DNA from: an uncultured Candidatus Rokubacteria bacterium
Lineage (GTDB): Bacteria > Methylomirabilota > Methylomirabilia > Rokubacteriales > DASRDR01
Assembly: GCA_963805625.1 (NCBI GenBank)
Contig: CAWDVE010000019.1
Location: 96,001 to 160,000 of the forward strand
DNA length: 64,000 nucleotides
Reading direction: 5' to 3'
Shown here piece by piece: positions 30,555 through 39,571 of this stretch. Numbering within the stretch: position 1 is the stretch's first letter; each line of letters starts with the position of its first letter. The notes under the pieces are model-generated. The model saw only the letters and a program-made list of their open reading frames with translations. It did not search any database and was not told the origin of the DNA. The position numbers and the translations under genes are program-made.

Positions 30555-31987
30555 CGCATCGGGTCAAAACATCTGCTACCAGAGGAGGGGCCGTAGCTCA
30601 AAAGTGACGGTTACCAGACCCAATCCCGATGGGGAGGTGACCGTGACGCGGACGAGCATGCACGAGTACGTGGCCGCCCAACGACCGCGGTACCTGGCGG
30701 CGTCGCGCCGGGAGAAGCGTCGCATCCTGGATGAGGTCGTGGCGGTGACCCGATATCACCGCAAGGCCGCCCTCCGCCGACTGCACTGGCCACCGCGCAC
30801 GACCCCGCGCGCGGCGCGGACCGGCCGGCCTCGGGTCTATGGCCCGGACGTCACCGTCGCCGCCCAGGTCCTCTGGGAGGCCAGCGGGGAGATCGGGGCC
30901 GTCCGGCTCCAGCCGTTCCTCTCCGAACTCCTGGACCGGCTGCTCGCCTTCGAAGCACTGCGGCTGACGCCCGACACCGCCGCAGCGCTCCGCCGGGTGA
31001 GCGCGGCCACGCTCAAGCGGCTGCTCGCCCCGATCCGCGCGACTCGGCCGCCCCGCGGCCGGGGGACGACCCGCGCCGGCACCTGGCTCAAGCATCAGAT
31101 CCCCATCCGCACCTTCGCCGACTGGGATGACGCCCGCCCCGGGTTCCTCGAGGGCGACCTCGTCGCGCACTGCGGCCCGACCACCGCGGGCTTCTATCTC
31201 CACACCCTCTGCGCGGTCGACATCGTGACGGCCTGGACCGAGCTCCACGCCGTCTGGGGCAAGCATCAGGAGCGGGTCGGCGGGGCCATTCATCATGTCC
31301 GGCAGCGCCTGCCCATGCCCCTGCTGGGACAGCGATTCGGGCTCCGAGTTCATCAACGAGGCCTTCTGGCGCTACTGCCAGCGCGAGGCCATCACCTTCA
31401 CCCGGGGCCGCGCGTATCGCAAGAACGACAGTGCCCACGTCGAGCAGAAGAACGGGGCGATCGTACGCCGATGGGTCGGCTATGATCGCTTCACCACCAA
31501 GGCCGCCTATGCCGCCCTCCAGGTCGTCTATCGTCTGCTGCGCCTCCACGTGAACTTCTTCCAGCCCGTGCAGAAACTCGAGGCCCGCGTCCGCGTGGAG
31601 CAGCGCGTCCGCCGAATCTACGATCGCGCGCGGACCCCGTATCAACGCCTCTGCGCCACCGGCGTCCTCAAGCCCGAAGCCCGCGAGGCGCTCGACCAGC
31701 TCTATCACAGCCTCAACCCGCTCCAGCTCCGCCGGCAGCTCGACGCGGCCCTCGAGCGGCTCTGGGCGCTCGCCACCCCCGCCCCGCCCGTCCCGAGCGG
31801 GATCCAGCCATGATCGCCCGTCCCGACCTTCGCACCATTGGCCCAGGAGCCACGATCTCGGCCAAGGCCATACCCGGATATCCCCCTCGCCGGCCGGCCG
31901 GTGGGCCCTTCCGCCCCGCCCCGCTGGTAACCGTCACTTCTGAGCCACTGACTGCCGGAGGGTAACAGTCACTTATGAGCCGAGACG
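30555..31987 (+). mobile_element. Insertion sequence (ISNCY-like, integrase-core DDE transposase), 1433 bp
   Basis: 5-bp TSD TCGTG at 30550-30554 and 31988-31992; subterminal IR 30596-30617 vs 31924-31945 (21/22 match) plus a second copy at 31961-31980. Confidence 0.85.
30643..31813 (+). pseudogene. DDE transposase, frameshifted near 31325
   Basis: PGFLEGDLVAHCG (D), DSDSGSEFINE (D), NDSAHVEQKNG (E) split across two frames. Confidence 0.85.
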
Positions 31988-32136
31988 TCGTGGACGGTGA
32001 TTGCCGGAAGAGCGGGCGCAGGGGTCTCGCGCGTCTGCTAGGCCGTCGCCAGCACGAGTCTGGACTCGGACCAGGCCGAGGCCGTGGACCAGCACGACCG
32101 GCGGCCCCGCGCCGGTCGCCGTCCAGGCGGCGCGCG

Positions 32137-32988
32137 CTATGGGCCGCCCCGCAGGAATGGCAGGGCGAGGGCGTGGAACGCCTCGGGCTCCTCGAGCTGC
32201 GGCGTGTGGCCGGAGGCTTTCAGCACCTCGAGCCGGGATCCCGGGATCCGGTCGCGCATCGCGGCGCCGTGCTCGGGGGTGCGCGCGCGGTCGTGACGGC
32301 CCTGGATGATCAGGGTCGGGACGCGGATCTCGCCGAGGCGCTCGAGCGTCCGCGACCGCGCGTTCGAGCGGGCGGCCTCCACCGCCGCCGCGTGGTTCGC
32401 CATGAGGGCGATCCGGCGGTACTCGGCGAGACGGTCGGGCGGCGGCGGTTCGCGGAAGAACCCCCTCACCACCGGCTCCACCGCCGCCGCGTCCCACGGC
32501 GCCGCCGCGACCTCGTCGGCCCGCGCCAGGCCGGCCGCGGGATCGCCCATCGCCCCGCCGGTCGCCATCAGGAGGAGGCGGGCCAGGCGCGCGGGGTGGC
32601 GGAGCGCGAAGTGCTGGGCGACCACGCCGCCCATCGAACCGCCGACCAGCGCCACCTGCTCGAGCCCCCGCGCATCGAGTAGGGTGGCGAGGCCGTCGGC
32701 ATACGCTTCCATCGTGTAGGGCCCAGGCAGGCGGGCGGACGCTCCGAACCCTGGCAGGTCGGGGGCGAGGCCGCGGACGCCCGCCCGGGCGAGACGGTCG
32801 AGGGTTGGCGCCCAGTAGGCGGACGACTGGCAGTAGCCGTGGACGCAGAGGACCGCCGGCTCCGACCCCGCCCGCTCCAAGCAGTGCATCGCAGGCGATT
32901 GGGTCGGGGAGGAGCGCGACGCTCCTCCCCGGGTTCCTGCTCCGGAGTCTTGCCCGGATGACTCCGATGACGGTGCGCGTGCCGTCAC
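32137..32988 (-). CDS. Alpha/beta hydrolase
   Basis: VLCVHG, DLPGFG, GGSMGG nucleophile, GRHD, GHTPQLE; start may be 32889. Confidence 0.88.
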   Translation of the reverse strand: MTARAPSSESSGQDSGAGTRGGASRSSPTQSPAMHCLERAGSEPAVLCVHGYCQSSAYWAPTLDRLARAGVRGLAPDLPGFGASARLPGPYTMEAYADGLATLLDARGLEQVALVGGSMGGVVAQHFALRHPARLARLLLMATGGAMGDPAAGLARADEVAAAPWDAAAVEPVVRGFFREPPPPDRLAEYRRIALMANHAAAVEAARSNARSRTLERLGEIRVPTLIIQGRHDRARTPEHGAAMRDRIPGSRLEVLKASGHTPQLEEPEAFHALALPFLRGGP

Positions 32989-32995
32989 GCGGCCG

Positions 32996-34309
32996 TCAGC
33001 TCCATTGCTTCTTCAGGTCGACGGCCTTCTTGGCCGAGGCGGCCAGCGCGTCGCGCGGGCTGGCCTTCTTCAGGAGCGCGTTCTGGATCTGCTGCTGGGT
33101 GAAGCGGTCCCACTCGTTGTACCAGGGCGCCTTGATGTTCGTCCGGGCCCGCGCGTTCCCGTACTGCTGGCTCCGCACCTCCAGGTCCCACCCGGCGTCC
33201 TTGTGCACCTTGATCATGTCGGGATCCTTGTCCAGCGACATGAAGGGATAGCCCACACCGTACTTCGTGTACCAGTCCTTGGCCGTGTAGTACACGCCGG
33301 TCTTGTCCTTGCCGCCCATGTAGGCGATGAGCTGCCAGGCGGCGTCCTTCACCTTGGTCTTGGCGTCGATGCAGTAGAGCCGGGTCCAGCCCATCGGCCC
33401 CTTGCCGGTGTCGGTGAGCCCCGGGAATCGGACCGGGCTGATGTCGCCGGCCCGCTTGCTGAGCTTCGGGTTGTTGGCGCGGGGCAGCACGTTGCCGACG
33501 TTGGACGTGAAGAAGCCCTGGCCGTTGACGAAGGCGTCGCGCGCCTGGGTCTCGTCGAGCTCGAGCCCCTTGGGGTCGAGAATCTTCCAGTCGTGCATCG
33601 CCTGGACCATCCACTCCAGCACGGTGAGGCCGGTCTTGTCCTTGTCCGGGTAGACGGGGTTCAGCTCCTCGTCGAAGAGGTGGCCGCCCGAGGCGAAGAC
33701 CATCGACCAGAACTCGTCGAGCCCGTCCACGTTGGTCTTGAAGCCCTTGAGGATCGGGTACTCGGTTTTCTCGCTCTTCTTCACGGCGAGGGCGGCCTGC
33801 TTGAGCGCCTCGAGGGTGACCGGCGGTTTGTCCACCCCGGCCTTCTGGGCGGCCTTCTTGTCGTACATGTAGACGTAGATGTCGCCGTAGTACGGCGTGC
33901 CGTACTGCTTGCCTTTGTATCGGAGCGCCTCCAGGTTGAACGGGAAGATGTCCCGGTCGAGCTCGGCGAGCCCCGGCAGGCCGTCGATCGGTTGCATCCA
34001 CCCCGCCTCGACCCAGGCGCCCAGGTTCGTGTCGCGCACGTAGTAGCAGTCCGGCTGCGTCCCGGCATTGAACAAGGCGACCATCTTCTCGTTGTAGAGC
34101 TGGAGGTCGAGCGGGATGTACTCCACCTTGATGTCCGGGTACTGCTCCATGAACCGCTTGGCGTTGGCCTCGACGACCTGCGGCTCGAAGGCCCAGCCGG
34201 AGAAGCGAACGACGGTCGGGGCGGCGGCAGCCGGGCGCGGAGCTCGGAGAGCCGCCAGGCCGAGGCCGGCGATGGTGCTGGCGAGGAAGCGTCGGCGCGA
34301 GAGCGTCAT
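32996..34309 (-). CDS. Sugar-type ABC substrate-binding protein, Tat signal
   Basis: SRRRFL twin-arginine signal; YKGKQYGTPY. Confidence 0.88.
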   Translation of the reverse strand: MTLSRRRFLASTIAGLGLAALRAPRPAAAAPTVVRFSGWAFEPQVVEANAKRFMEQYPDIKVEYIPLDLQLYNEKMVALFNAGTQPDCYYVRDTNLGAWVEAGWMQPIDGLPGLAELDRDIFPFNLEALRYKGKQYGTPYYGDIYVYMYDKKAAQKAGVDKPPVTLEALKQAALAVKKSEKTEYPILKGFKTNVDGLDEFWSMVFASGGHLFDEELNPVYPDKDKTGLTVLEWMVQAMHDWKILDPKGLELDETQARDAFVNGQGFFTSNVGNVLPRANNPKLSKRAGDISPVRFPGLTDTGKGPMGWTRLYCIDAKTKVKDAAWQLIAYMGGKDKTGVYYTAKDWYTKYGVGYPFMSLDKDPDMIKVHKDAGWDLEVRSQQYGNARARTNIKAPWYNEWDRFTQQQIQNALLKKASPRDALAASAKKAVDLKKQWS

Positions 34310-34333
34310 GATGTCCTTGCCTTTCCGGCGCGG

Positions 34334-35209
34334 TCAGCCCTTGACCGCGCCCGACACGAGCCCCTGAACGATCAGCCGCTGGAACAGGAACGCGAGCACG
34401 AGCGGCGGGACGACGGCCAGCACCCCGCCGGCGGCCATCAGCGTGCGCTCGGTGGTCACATCCGTGGCGAACCCGGCCACGACGACCGGCGCGGTCTTGG
34501 CGGCCATGCTAGACGTGAGGATCACCGCGAACAGGTAGTCGTTCCACGCCGTCATGAACGCGAACATCGCGGCGGCGACGAGGCCCGGCGCCGCCGCGGG
34601 GAGCAGCACCCGTCCCATCATCCGCCAGAAGCCGCAGCCGTCCACGAGGGCGGCCTCCTCGAGTTCGCGGGGGATGCCCTGGAAGTAGCTCTTGAGGAGC
34701 CAGATCGTGAACGGCAGCGTGAAGGTCAGGTAGGTGACGACGAGCGCCAGCCGGGTGTCGAGGAGGCCGGCTCTCTGGATGACCAGATAGAGCGGGACGA
34801 TCAGGGCGATCCCGGGCACCATCCGCGAGCCGAGGTAGAGGAAGAGCACGCTTGTCCGGCCGGGAAAGCGCAGGCGGGCGAAGCTGTAGCCGGCCAGGAT
34901 CCCGAGCGCGAGGTTCAGGGCCGCGGTGCCGGTGGCGGCGACGAGCGAGTTCCAGATGCCGGGCATCGTGTTCTCGGCCGCCCGGCTGCCGACGATCGAC
35001 CGCGTCCCGCTCGGGGCGACGAAGGTCGCGTAGTTGTCGAGGGTGGGCCGCGTCGGGAGGAGACGGAGCGGGACCGACATGGCGTCACCCTCGTGCATGA
35101 AGCTCGTGAGGACGAGCCAGGAGAACGGCGCCAGGAAGAAGATCGCCACCAGAGCTCCCGCCAGGGTGAGGAGCCCGGTCCGTCGCCGTCGCCGTCCGGC
35201 CGCGGTCAT
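34334..35209 (-). CDS. Carbohydrate ABC permease (MalG-like)
   Basis: IPRELEEAALVDG EAA motif. Confidence 0.9.
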   Translation of the reverse strand: MTAAGRRRRRTGLLTLAGALVAIFFLAPFSWLVLTSFMHEGDAMSVPLRLLPTRPTLDNYATFVAPSGTRSIVGSRAAENTMPGIWNSLVAATGTAALNLALGILAGYSFARLRFPGRTSVLFLYLGSRMVPGIALIVPLYLVIQRAGLLDTRLALVVTYLTFTLPFTIWLLKSYFQGIPRELEEAALVDGCGFWRMMGRVLLPAAAPGLVAAAMFAFMTAWNDYLFAVILTSSMAAKTAPVVVAGFATDVTTERTLMAAGGVLAVVPPLVLAFLFQRLIVQGLVSGAVKG

Positions 35210-36099
35210 GCCTCGAACTCTCCCCGCCGGTAGAGCAGGCGGAAGTAGACGAGCGCCAGTCCCAGCGTGATAAGGCTGATCGTATACGCATAGGCGTTGC
35301 CCAGGCCGAAGTCAAGGCTGTCGAACGTCGTCACGTAGGTTTGCCAGACCAGCGTGGTCGTGGAGGTGCCCGGTCCGCCGGCCGTCAGCACGTAGATGAC
35401 GTCGAAGACCCGGATCGCCAGCATGGTCTGGAGCACGAGGACCACCATCAGCGGCTGGGCGAGCCACGGCATGGTCACGTGACGGAAGAGCTGCCAGGCG
35501 CTGGAGCCGTCGACGCGGCCGGCATCGTACAGCTCGGAGGGGATCGTCTGGAGCGCGGCCAGGAGCAGGATCACACCGAGCGGGACCGCGTTCCAGACGT
35601 GCGCCATGACCAGGGCCAGCAGGGCATCGGTCGGGTCCGAGAGCCAGCCCCGGTAGGCGGGGAGGATCCGGAGCGCGACCAGGAGGCCGTTCAGCGCGCC
35701 GACCTTGGCGTCGTAGATCCACTGCCACATGAGACCGTTGACGACCGGCGGGATCGCCCAGGGGACGAGGACCATCGTCCGCACGAACCCCCGGCCCGGG
35801 AACGGTTCGTTGAGGAGGAGCGCGATCAGGATGGCGAGCGCGACCACTAGGATGACGCCCAGCGCGGTGAAGAGGAGGGTGACCTGGAGCGCCGCCCAGA
35901 ACTCGTCGGACCCGAAGATCTCGACGTAGTTGCCCACGCCGACGAAGCGGAAGAGATTCGGGCGCTTGAGGTTGTAGCGGTGGAGGCTGAGCCAGAGCGA
36001 GTAGGCGATCGGATAGCCGACGAGCCCCACGATGGCCAGGAGGGCTGGGGCGTTCAGCAGGAACGCGAACGACGGCTCGGACAGCCGGCGGCGGCTCAC
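35206..36099 (-). CDS. Carbohydrate ABC permease (MalF-like)
   Basis: FVGVGNY, LYDAGRVDG, TAGGPG. Confidence 0.9.
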   Translation of the reverse strand: MSRRRLSEPSFAFLLNAPALLAIVGLVGYPIAYSLWLSLHRYNLKRPNLFRFVGVGNYVEIFGSDEFWAALQVTLLFTALGVILVVALAILIALLLNEPFPGRGFVRTMVLVPWAIPPVVNGLMWQWIYDAKVGALNGLLVALRILPAYRGWLSDPTDALLALVMAHVWNAVPLGVILLLAALQTIPSELYDAGRVDGSSAWQLFRHVTMPWLAQPLMVVLVLQTMLAIRVFDVIYVLTAGGPGTSTTTLVWQTYVTTFDSLDFGLGNAYAYTISLITLGLALVYFRLLYRRGEFEA

Positions 36100-36234
36100 G
36101 CGGTCCCGCGCATCGTATCAGTGTGGTCGTGGGCCGGCGTGGTCGGTGCGGTCACCTGCGTACTGTCGTGAGACGGCCCTGCCAACCTCGTACCCGCTAT
36201 GACGTCGTCCCCGTCACGACAATCTGCCGGTGAG

Positions 36235-36400
36235 TCAAATGCGACCGTCCGGGGTGACATGGGGTCTGAGGACGTGCTCGGCTTGCTCGAGGATGCGGCG
36301 GATCTGCTCCTCGGGCAGCACGACACCCATCACCGGCACCCAGCCCCTGACGTCGGCCTCGACCATCGCGTGCGCAGTATCCATCCGAGGTTGCGACATC
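36235..36400 (-). pseudogene. Possible methyltransferase C-terminal remnant
   Basis: MVEADVRGWVPVMGVVLPEEQIRRILEQAEHVLRPHVTPDGRI. Confidence 0.35.
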
Positions 36401-36876
36401 GGTTCGTTCAAGCGAGCGGCCGCCTGACGGATGGACGGACATCGGTCCGAGCAGCCAATGTGTCGCGGCAATGAAACCCTGGGTCGAGCGCCGAGGGCCC
36501 GTGGCGGCGCACGGTCCAGGTCGTGCGAGGGCCTCGCCGAGAGCCTTGCGATACGCGGCGTCGTCCCCCGTGGGCGATCAGCGCGGGGACCATGGATCGC
36601 TCGGATCAGGGCGCATGGATCGTGCGCGTCAGTCTAGGGCGGCACGCGGGCGCGCGTCAATGGACGCCCCCCCCCGACGGCTGCGCGATGGCAGTCGTGA
36701 CCGGTTGCGGGAGGCGACGCCACCACGCTTGCGGCTGCCGCCGGGAGCGCGCTACGCTCCAGGAGGAGGGGTGAGTTACAGCCCGGTCGCGGACCGACGA
36801 GGACCTGCTGACCGACCGGGGTGCTTCGCGTCAACCGCGTAGATGACCAACCAAAGTGAGCCTAAGTGAGGTGGAT

Positions 36877-37299
36877 ATGTCGAGCCTCTTCGAGACCGCA
36901 AAGAGCGCCACGACCGCGTACAACGACAAGAACTGGAACGCGCTGAAGACGGCGTTTGCCGAGAACGGCATTTACGATGAGAAGGCCACCAGCCGGCGAG
37001 TCCAGGGCGTCGGGAAGATCCTCGAGGTCTGGCAGGGGTGGGCCAAGGCGATTCCAGACTCCAAGGCGACGTTTGTTGGCGAGTACGCGAGCGGCGATAC
37101 CGCCATCATCGAGGTGGTCTGGAAGGGCACGCACACTGGTCCACTGCAGACGGCGACCGGTACCATCCCACCTTCGAACAAGCGGATCGAGTTGCCGGCG
37201 TGTCAGGTGATCAAGGTCGAGGGAGGGAAGGTCAGGAGCTTCACGCAGTACTTCGACATGGCGACCCTGCTGACACAGATCGGCGCGGCCAAGGGCTAG
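36877..37299 (+). CDS. SnoaL-like ester cyclase / NTF2-like protein
   Basis: WKGTHTGPL, IPPSNKR, YFDMATLLTQIG; GAGG RBS. Confidence 0.88.
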   Translation: MSSLFETAKSATTAYNDKNWNALKTAFAENGIYDEKATSRRVQGVGKILEVWQGWAKAIPDSKATFVGEYASGDTAIIEVVWKGTHTGPLQTATGTIPPSNKRIELPACQVIKVEGGKVRSFTQYFDMATLLTQIGAAKG

Positions 37300-37385
37300 C
37301 CGCGTCTCGACCAGGCACGGCGAACCCTAGAGGAGGTCGATAGACAAGCCCCGACCGGGGAACATGGCGCTCCGCAGCCGTGACG

Positions 37386-37470
37386 TCAGTATCCTCGCTC
37401 GGGGTCGAAGACGTTCCGGAGGGCCTCGCCGTCCAGATAGCGGCGAGGGTTGTCGCAGAAGAGAATCGTA
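37386..37470 (-). pseudogene. D-2-hydroxyacid dehydrogenase C-terminal remnant
   Basis: LFCDNPRRYLDGEALRNVFDPERGY*. Confidence 0.55.
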
Positions 37471-37482
37471 CCGTCCGCGTCG

Positions 37483-38361
37483 TCACCGGCTCTCGGGCCG
37501 CGGACGCGGCGACCTGGCGAGCCGCGGTAGGTCGCCCTCGAGCGTCGTCCGGTGCATGCGTCGCCGGTGGCGCGTCTCGTCGAACTCCGTGGCGCAGTGC
37601 TGGGTGCAGCGATTGTCCCAGAGGACGGCGTCGCCCACTCGCCACCGATGACGATAGACGAAGTCGGCTCGCGTGGCGGCTTCCTGAAGATACCGGATCA
37701 GATCGGGCCCCTCGGGCTCCGGCAATCCCTCGACCTCGCAGGCCCAGCGACCGATGTAGAGGGCGGTCCAGCCCGATCGTGGGTGCTCGCGCGCAATGGG
37801 ATGCCAGACGTCAGGGCGCGTTGCCTTCTGCTCGTCGGTCAGGGGCGCCATGTGGGGGTAGTGGACGTGGTGGAGGCGCACCCGGCTGAAGCACGCGCGC
37901 CGGTTCTGGATCACCCGGCGGACGCTCTCGGGCAGGGCGGCGAAGGCGGCGTAGGTGTCCGCGAAGAGCGTGTCGCCGCCCTCGGGCGGGACCTCGAGCG
38001 CGTAGAGGAACGATCCCGCATTGGGGATGGCCTTGTCCTCACCGTCCGAGTGCCAGCCCCAACCGGCGCGCCGGAGCCCGACGGGCTTGCCGTTCTCCTC
38101 GACGTTCGAGACCACGAAGACCTCTTGCCACTCCGGCAGATTGAACTCGAGCGGCTCCATGACGTGGAGCGGACCGAGGCGCCGGGTGAAGGCCACGTGC
38201 TGGGCCGGCGTCATCCGGACATCGCGGAAGAGCAGGAGGCTGTGACGGGTCCACGCGTCCTGGATCGTGGTGATCGTTTCCTCGTCGAGGTCCCGCGCAA
38301 GGTCGACACCGACGATCTCGGCACCGAAGCTCGCGTGGAGCGGCCGCAGCTCGATTTTCAT
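37483..38361 (-). CDS. TauD/TfdA family Fe(II)/2-oxoglutarate dioxygenase
   Basis: WHSD, GGDTLFAD, WDNRCTQH, RRMHRTT. Confidence 0.92.
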   Translation of the reverse strand: MKIELRPLHASFGAEIVGVDLARDLDEETITTIQDAWTRHSLLLFRDVRMTPAQHVAFTRRLGPLHVMEPLEFNLPEWQEVFVVSNVEENGKPVGLRRAGWGWHSDGEDKAIPNAGSFLYALEVPPEGGDTLFADTYAAFAALPESVRRVIQNRRACFSRVRLHHVHYPHMAPLTDEQKATRPDVWHPIAREHPRSGWTALYIGRWACEVEGLPEPEGPDLIRYLQEAATRADFVYRHRWRVGDAVLWDNRCTQHCATEFDETRHRRRMHRTTLEGDLPRLARSPRPRPESR

Positions 38362-38373
38362 CCCGTGGCCTCC

Positions 38374-38500
38374 TCAGACCTCGGCCAGTCCACCGTCCCC
38401 GCGAGGATCGGACGCGCCCGCGGCGCGCCCGATCACCGGATCGAGCGCGACCAGACTGACGCGCCCTCCGCAGTCCACGAGCTCGGCGAGGACGTGGGCC
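38374..38500 (-). pseudogene. Gamma-glutamyltransferase C-terminal remnant
   Basis: GRVSLVALDPVIGRAAGASDPRGDG matches the GGT C-terminal GASDPR motif. Confidence 0.5.
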
Positions 38501-38613
38501 AGCATCGCGTCCGTCGTAGTGGCGGGCGTGGACGCGGTCCCGGGGGCCAGATTCGCTCGGCCGAAGTCTGATCGGTCCAAGGCGAACTCTGATTTTCGGC
38601 GCTCGGCGCGCGC

Positions 38614-39396
38614 TCAGCCGATCGGCGGGTGGGAGATCGTGGCGCCCCCGTCGACGACGAGCGTGGTGCCAGTGATCCAGGAGGCGTCGTCGGAGACGAG
38701 GAAGAGGATGGCCTGAGCGATGTCGTCGGGGCGGCCCACGCGGCCGAGGGGGATGTTCTTGCCCCACGCCGCGAGCACCGCCTCCCAGTCCTCGCCGGGC
38801 TTCAGGCGGCTCAGCGGCATGGGGGTCGCGATGCGGCCGGGACAGACGGCGTTCACGCGGATGCCGTGGGGGGCATAGTCGAGGGCCATGTTCTTGGTGA
38901 GGATGTTCACGCCGCCCTTGGCCGCGTTGTAGGGCGCGAGCTTCGGATCGCCGAGCATCCCGGCCACCGAGGAGACGTGGACGATCGCGCCCCCGCGTCC
39001 GGCTGGCACCATCTCCATCAGGGCGAAGCGCGACACGAGGAACACCCCGTGGAGATCGACGTCGATGACCCGGCGCCAGTCCTCGATGGACACGCTGGTG
39101 ACGGTCGCGTTGCGGACGAGGATGCCGGCGTTGTTGACGAGGATGTCGATCCCGCCGAAGGCGGCCACGGTCTCGCGGGCCATGCGCTCGGCGTCCTCCG
39201 GCTTGGCGACGTCCCCGATGACCACGGCCGCGGTGCCGCCGGCCTTCTCGACCAGGCGCACCGTCTCCTCCAGCTCGGCCCGGCGCCGGCCGGACACCAT
39301 CACCCGCGCGCCCTCGCGGGCGAACAGCTCGGCCGTGCCCCGCCCGATGCCTGTGCCGCCGCCGGTGATGAGCGCGCGCTTACCCTCGAGTCGCAT
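38614..39396 (-). CDS. SDR family oxidoreductase
   Basis: TGGGTGIG, NNAG, YNAAK, IRVNAVCPG. Confidence 0.93.
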   Translation of the reverse strand: MRLEGKRALITGGGTGIGRGTAELFAREGARVMVSGRRRAELEETVRLVEKAGGTAAVVIGDVAKPEDAERMARETVAAFGGIDILVNNAGILVRNATVTSVSIEDWRRVIDVDLHGVFLVSRFALMEMVPAGRGGAIVHVSSVAGMLGDPKLAPYNAAKGGVNILTKNMALDYAPHGIRVNAVCPGRIATPMPLSRLKPGEDWEAVLAAWGKNIPLGRVGRPDDIAQAILFLVSDDASWITGTTLVVDGGATISHPPIG

Positions 39397-39426
39397 GGAA
39401 TCCTCCTCGATCCCGGGGGACGCCGC

Positions 39427-39455
39427 TTGACAGCCTCCACCGGCCTCGCTAGCGT
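39427..39455 (+). promoter_or_regulatory. Possible sigma70 promoter for the hydantoinase operon
   Basis: TTGACA-17 nt-TAGCGT in a divergent intergenic region. Confidence 0.35.
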
Positions 39456-39571
39456 GTCAACCATTCGGCGAGCATAGTACACGCCCGCGCGCGAAGTACG
39501 GACCGGCTGCATCAATCACTTGGCACCCACCCGGGGCCCGCACGTGAAGCGCCAAGCGGCGAGCGTCCGAG

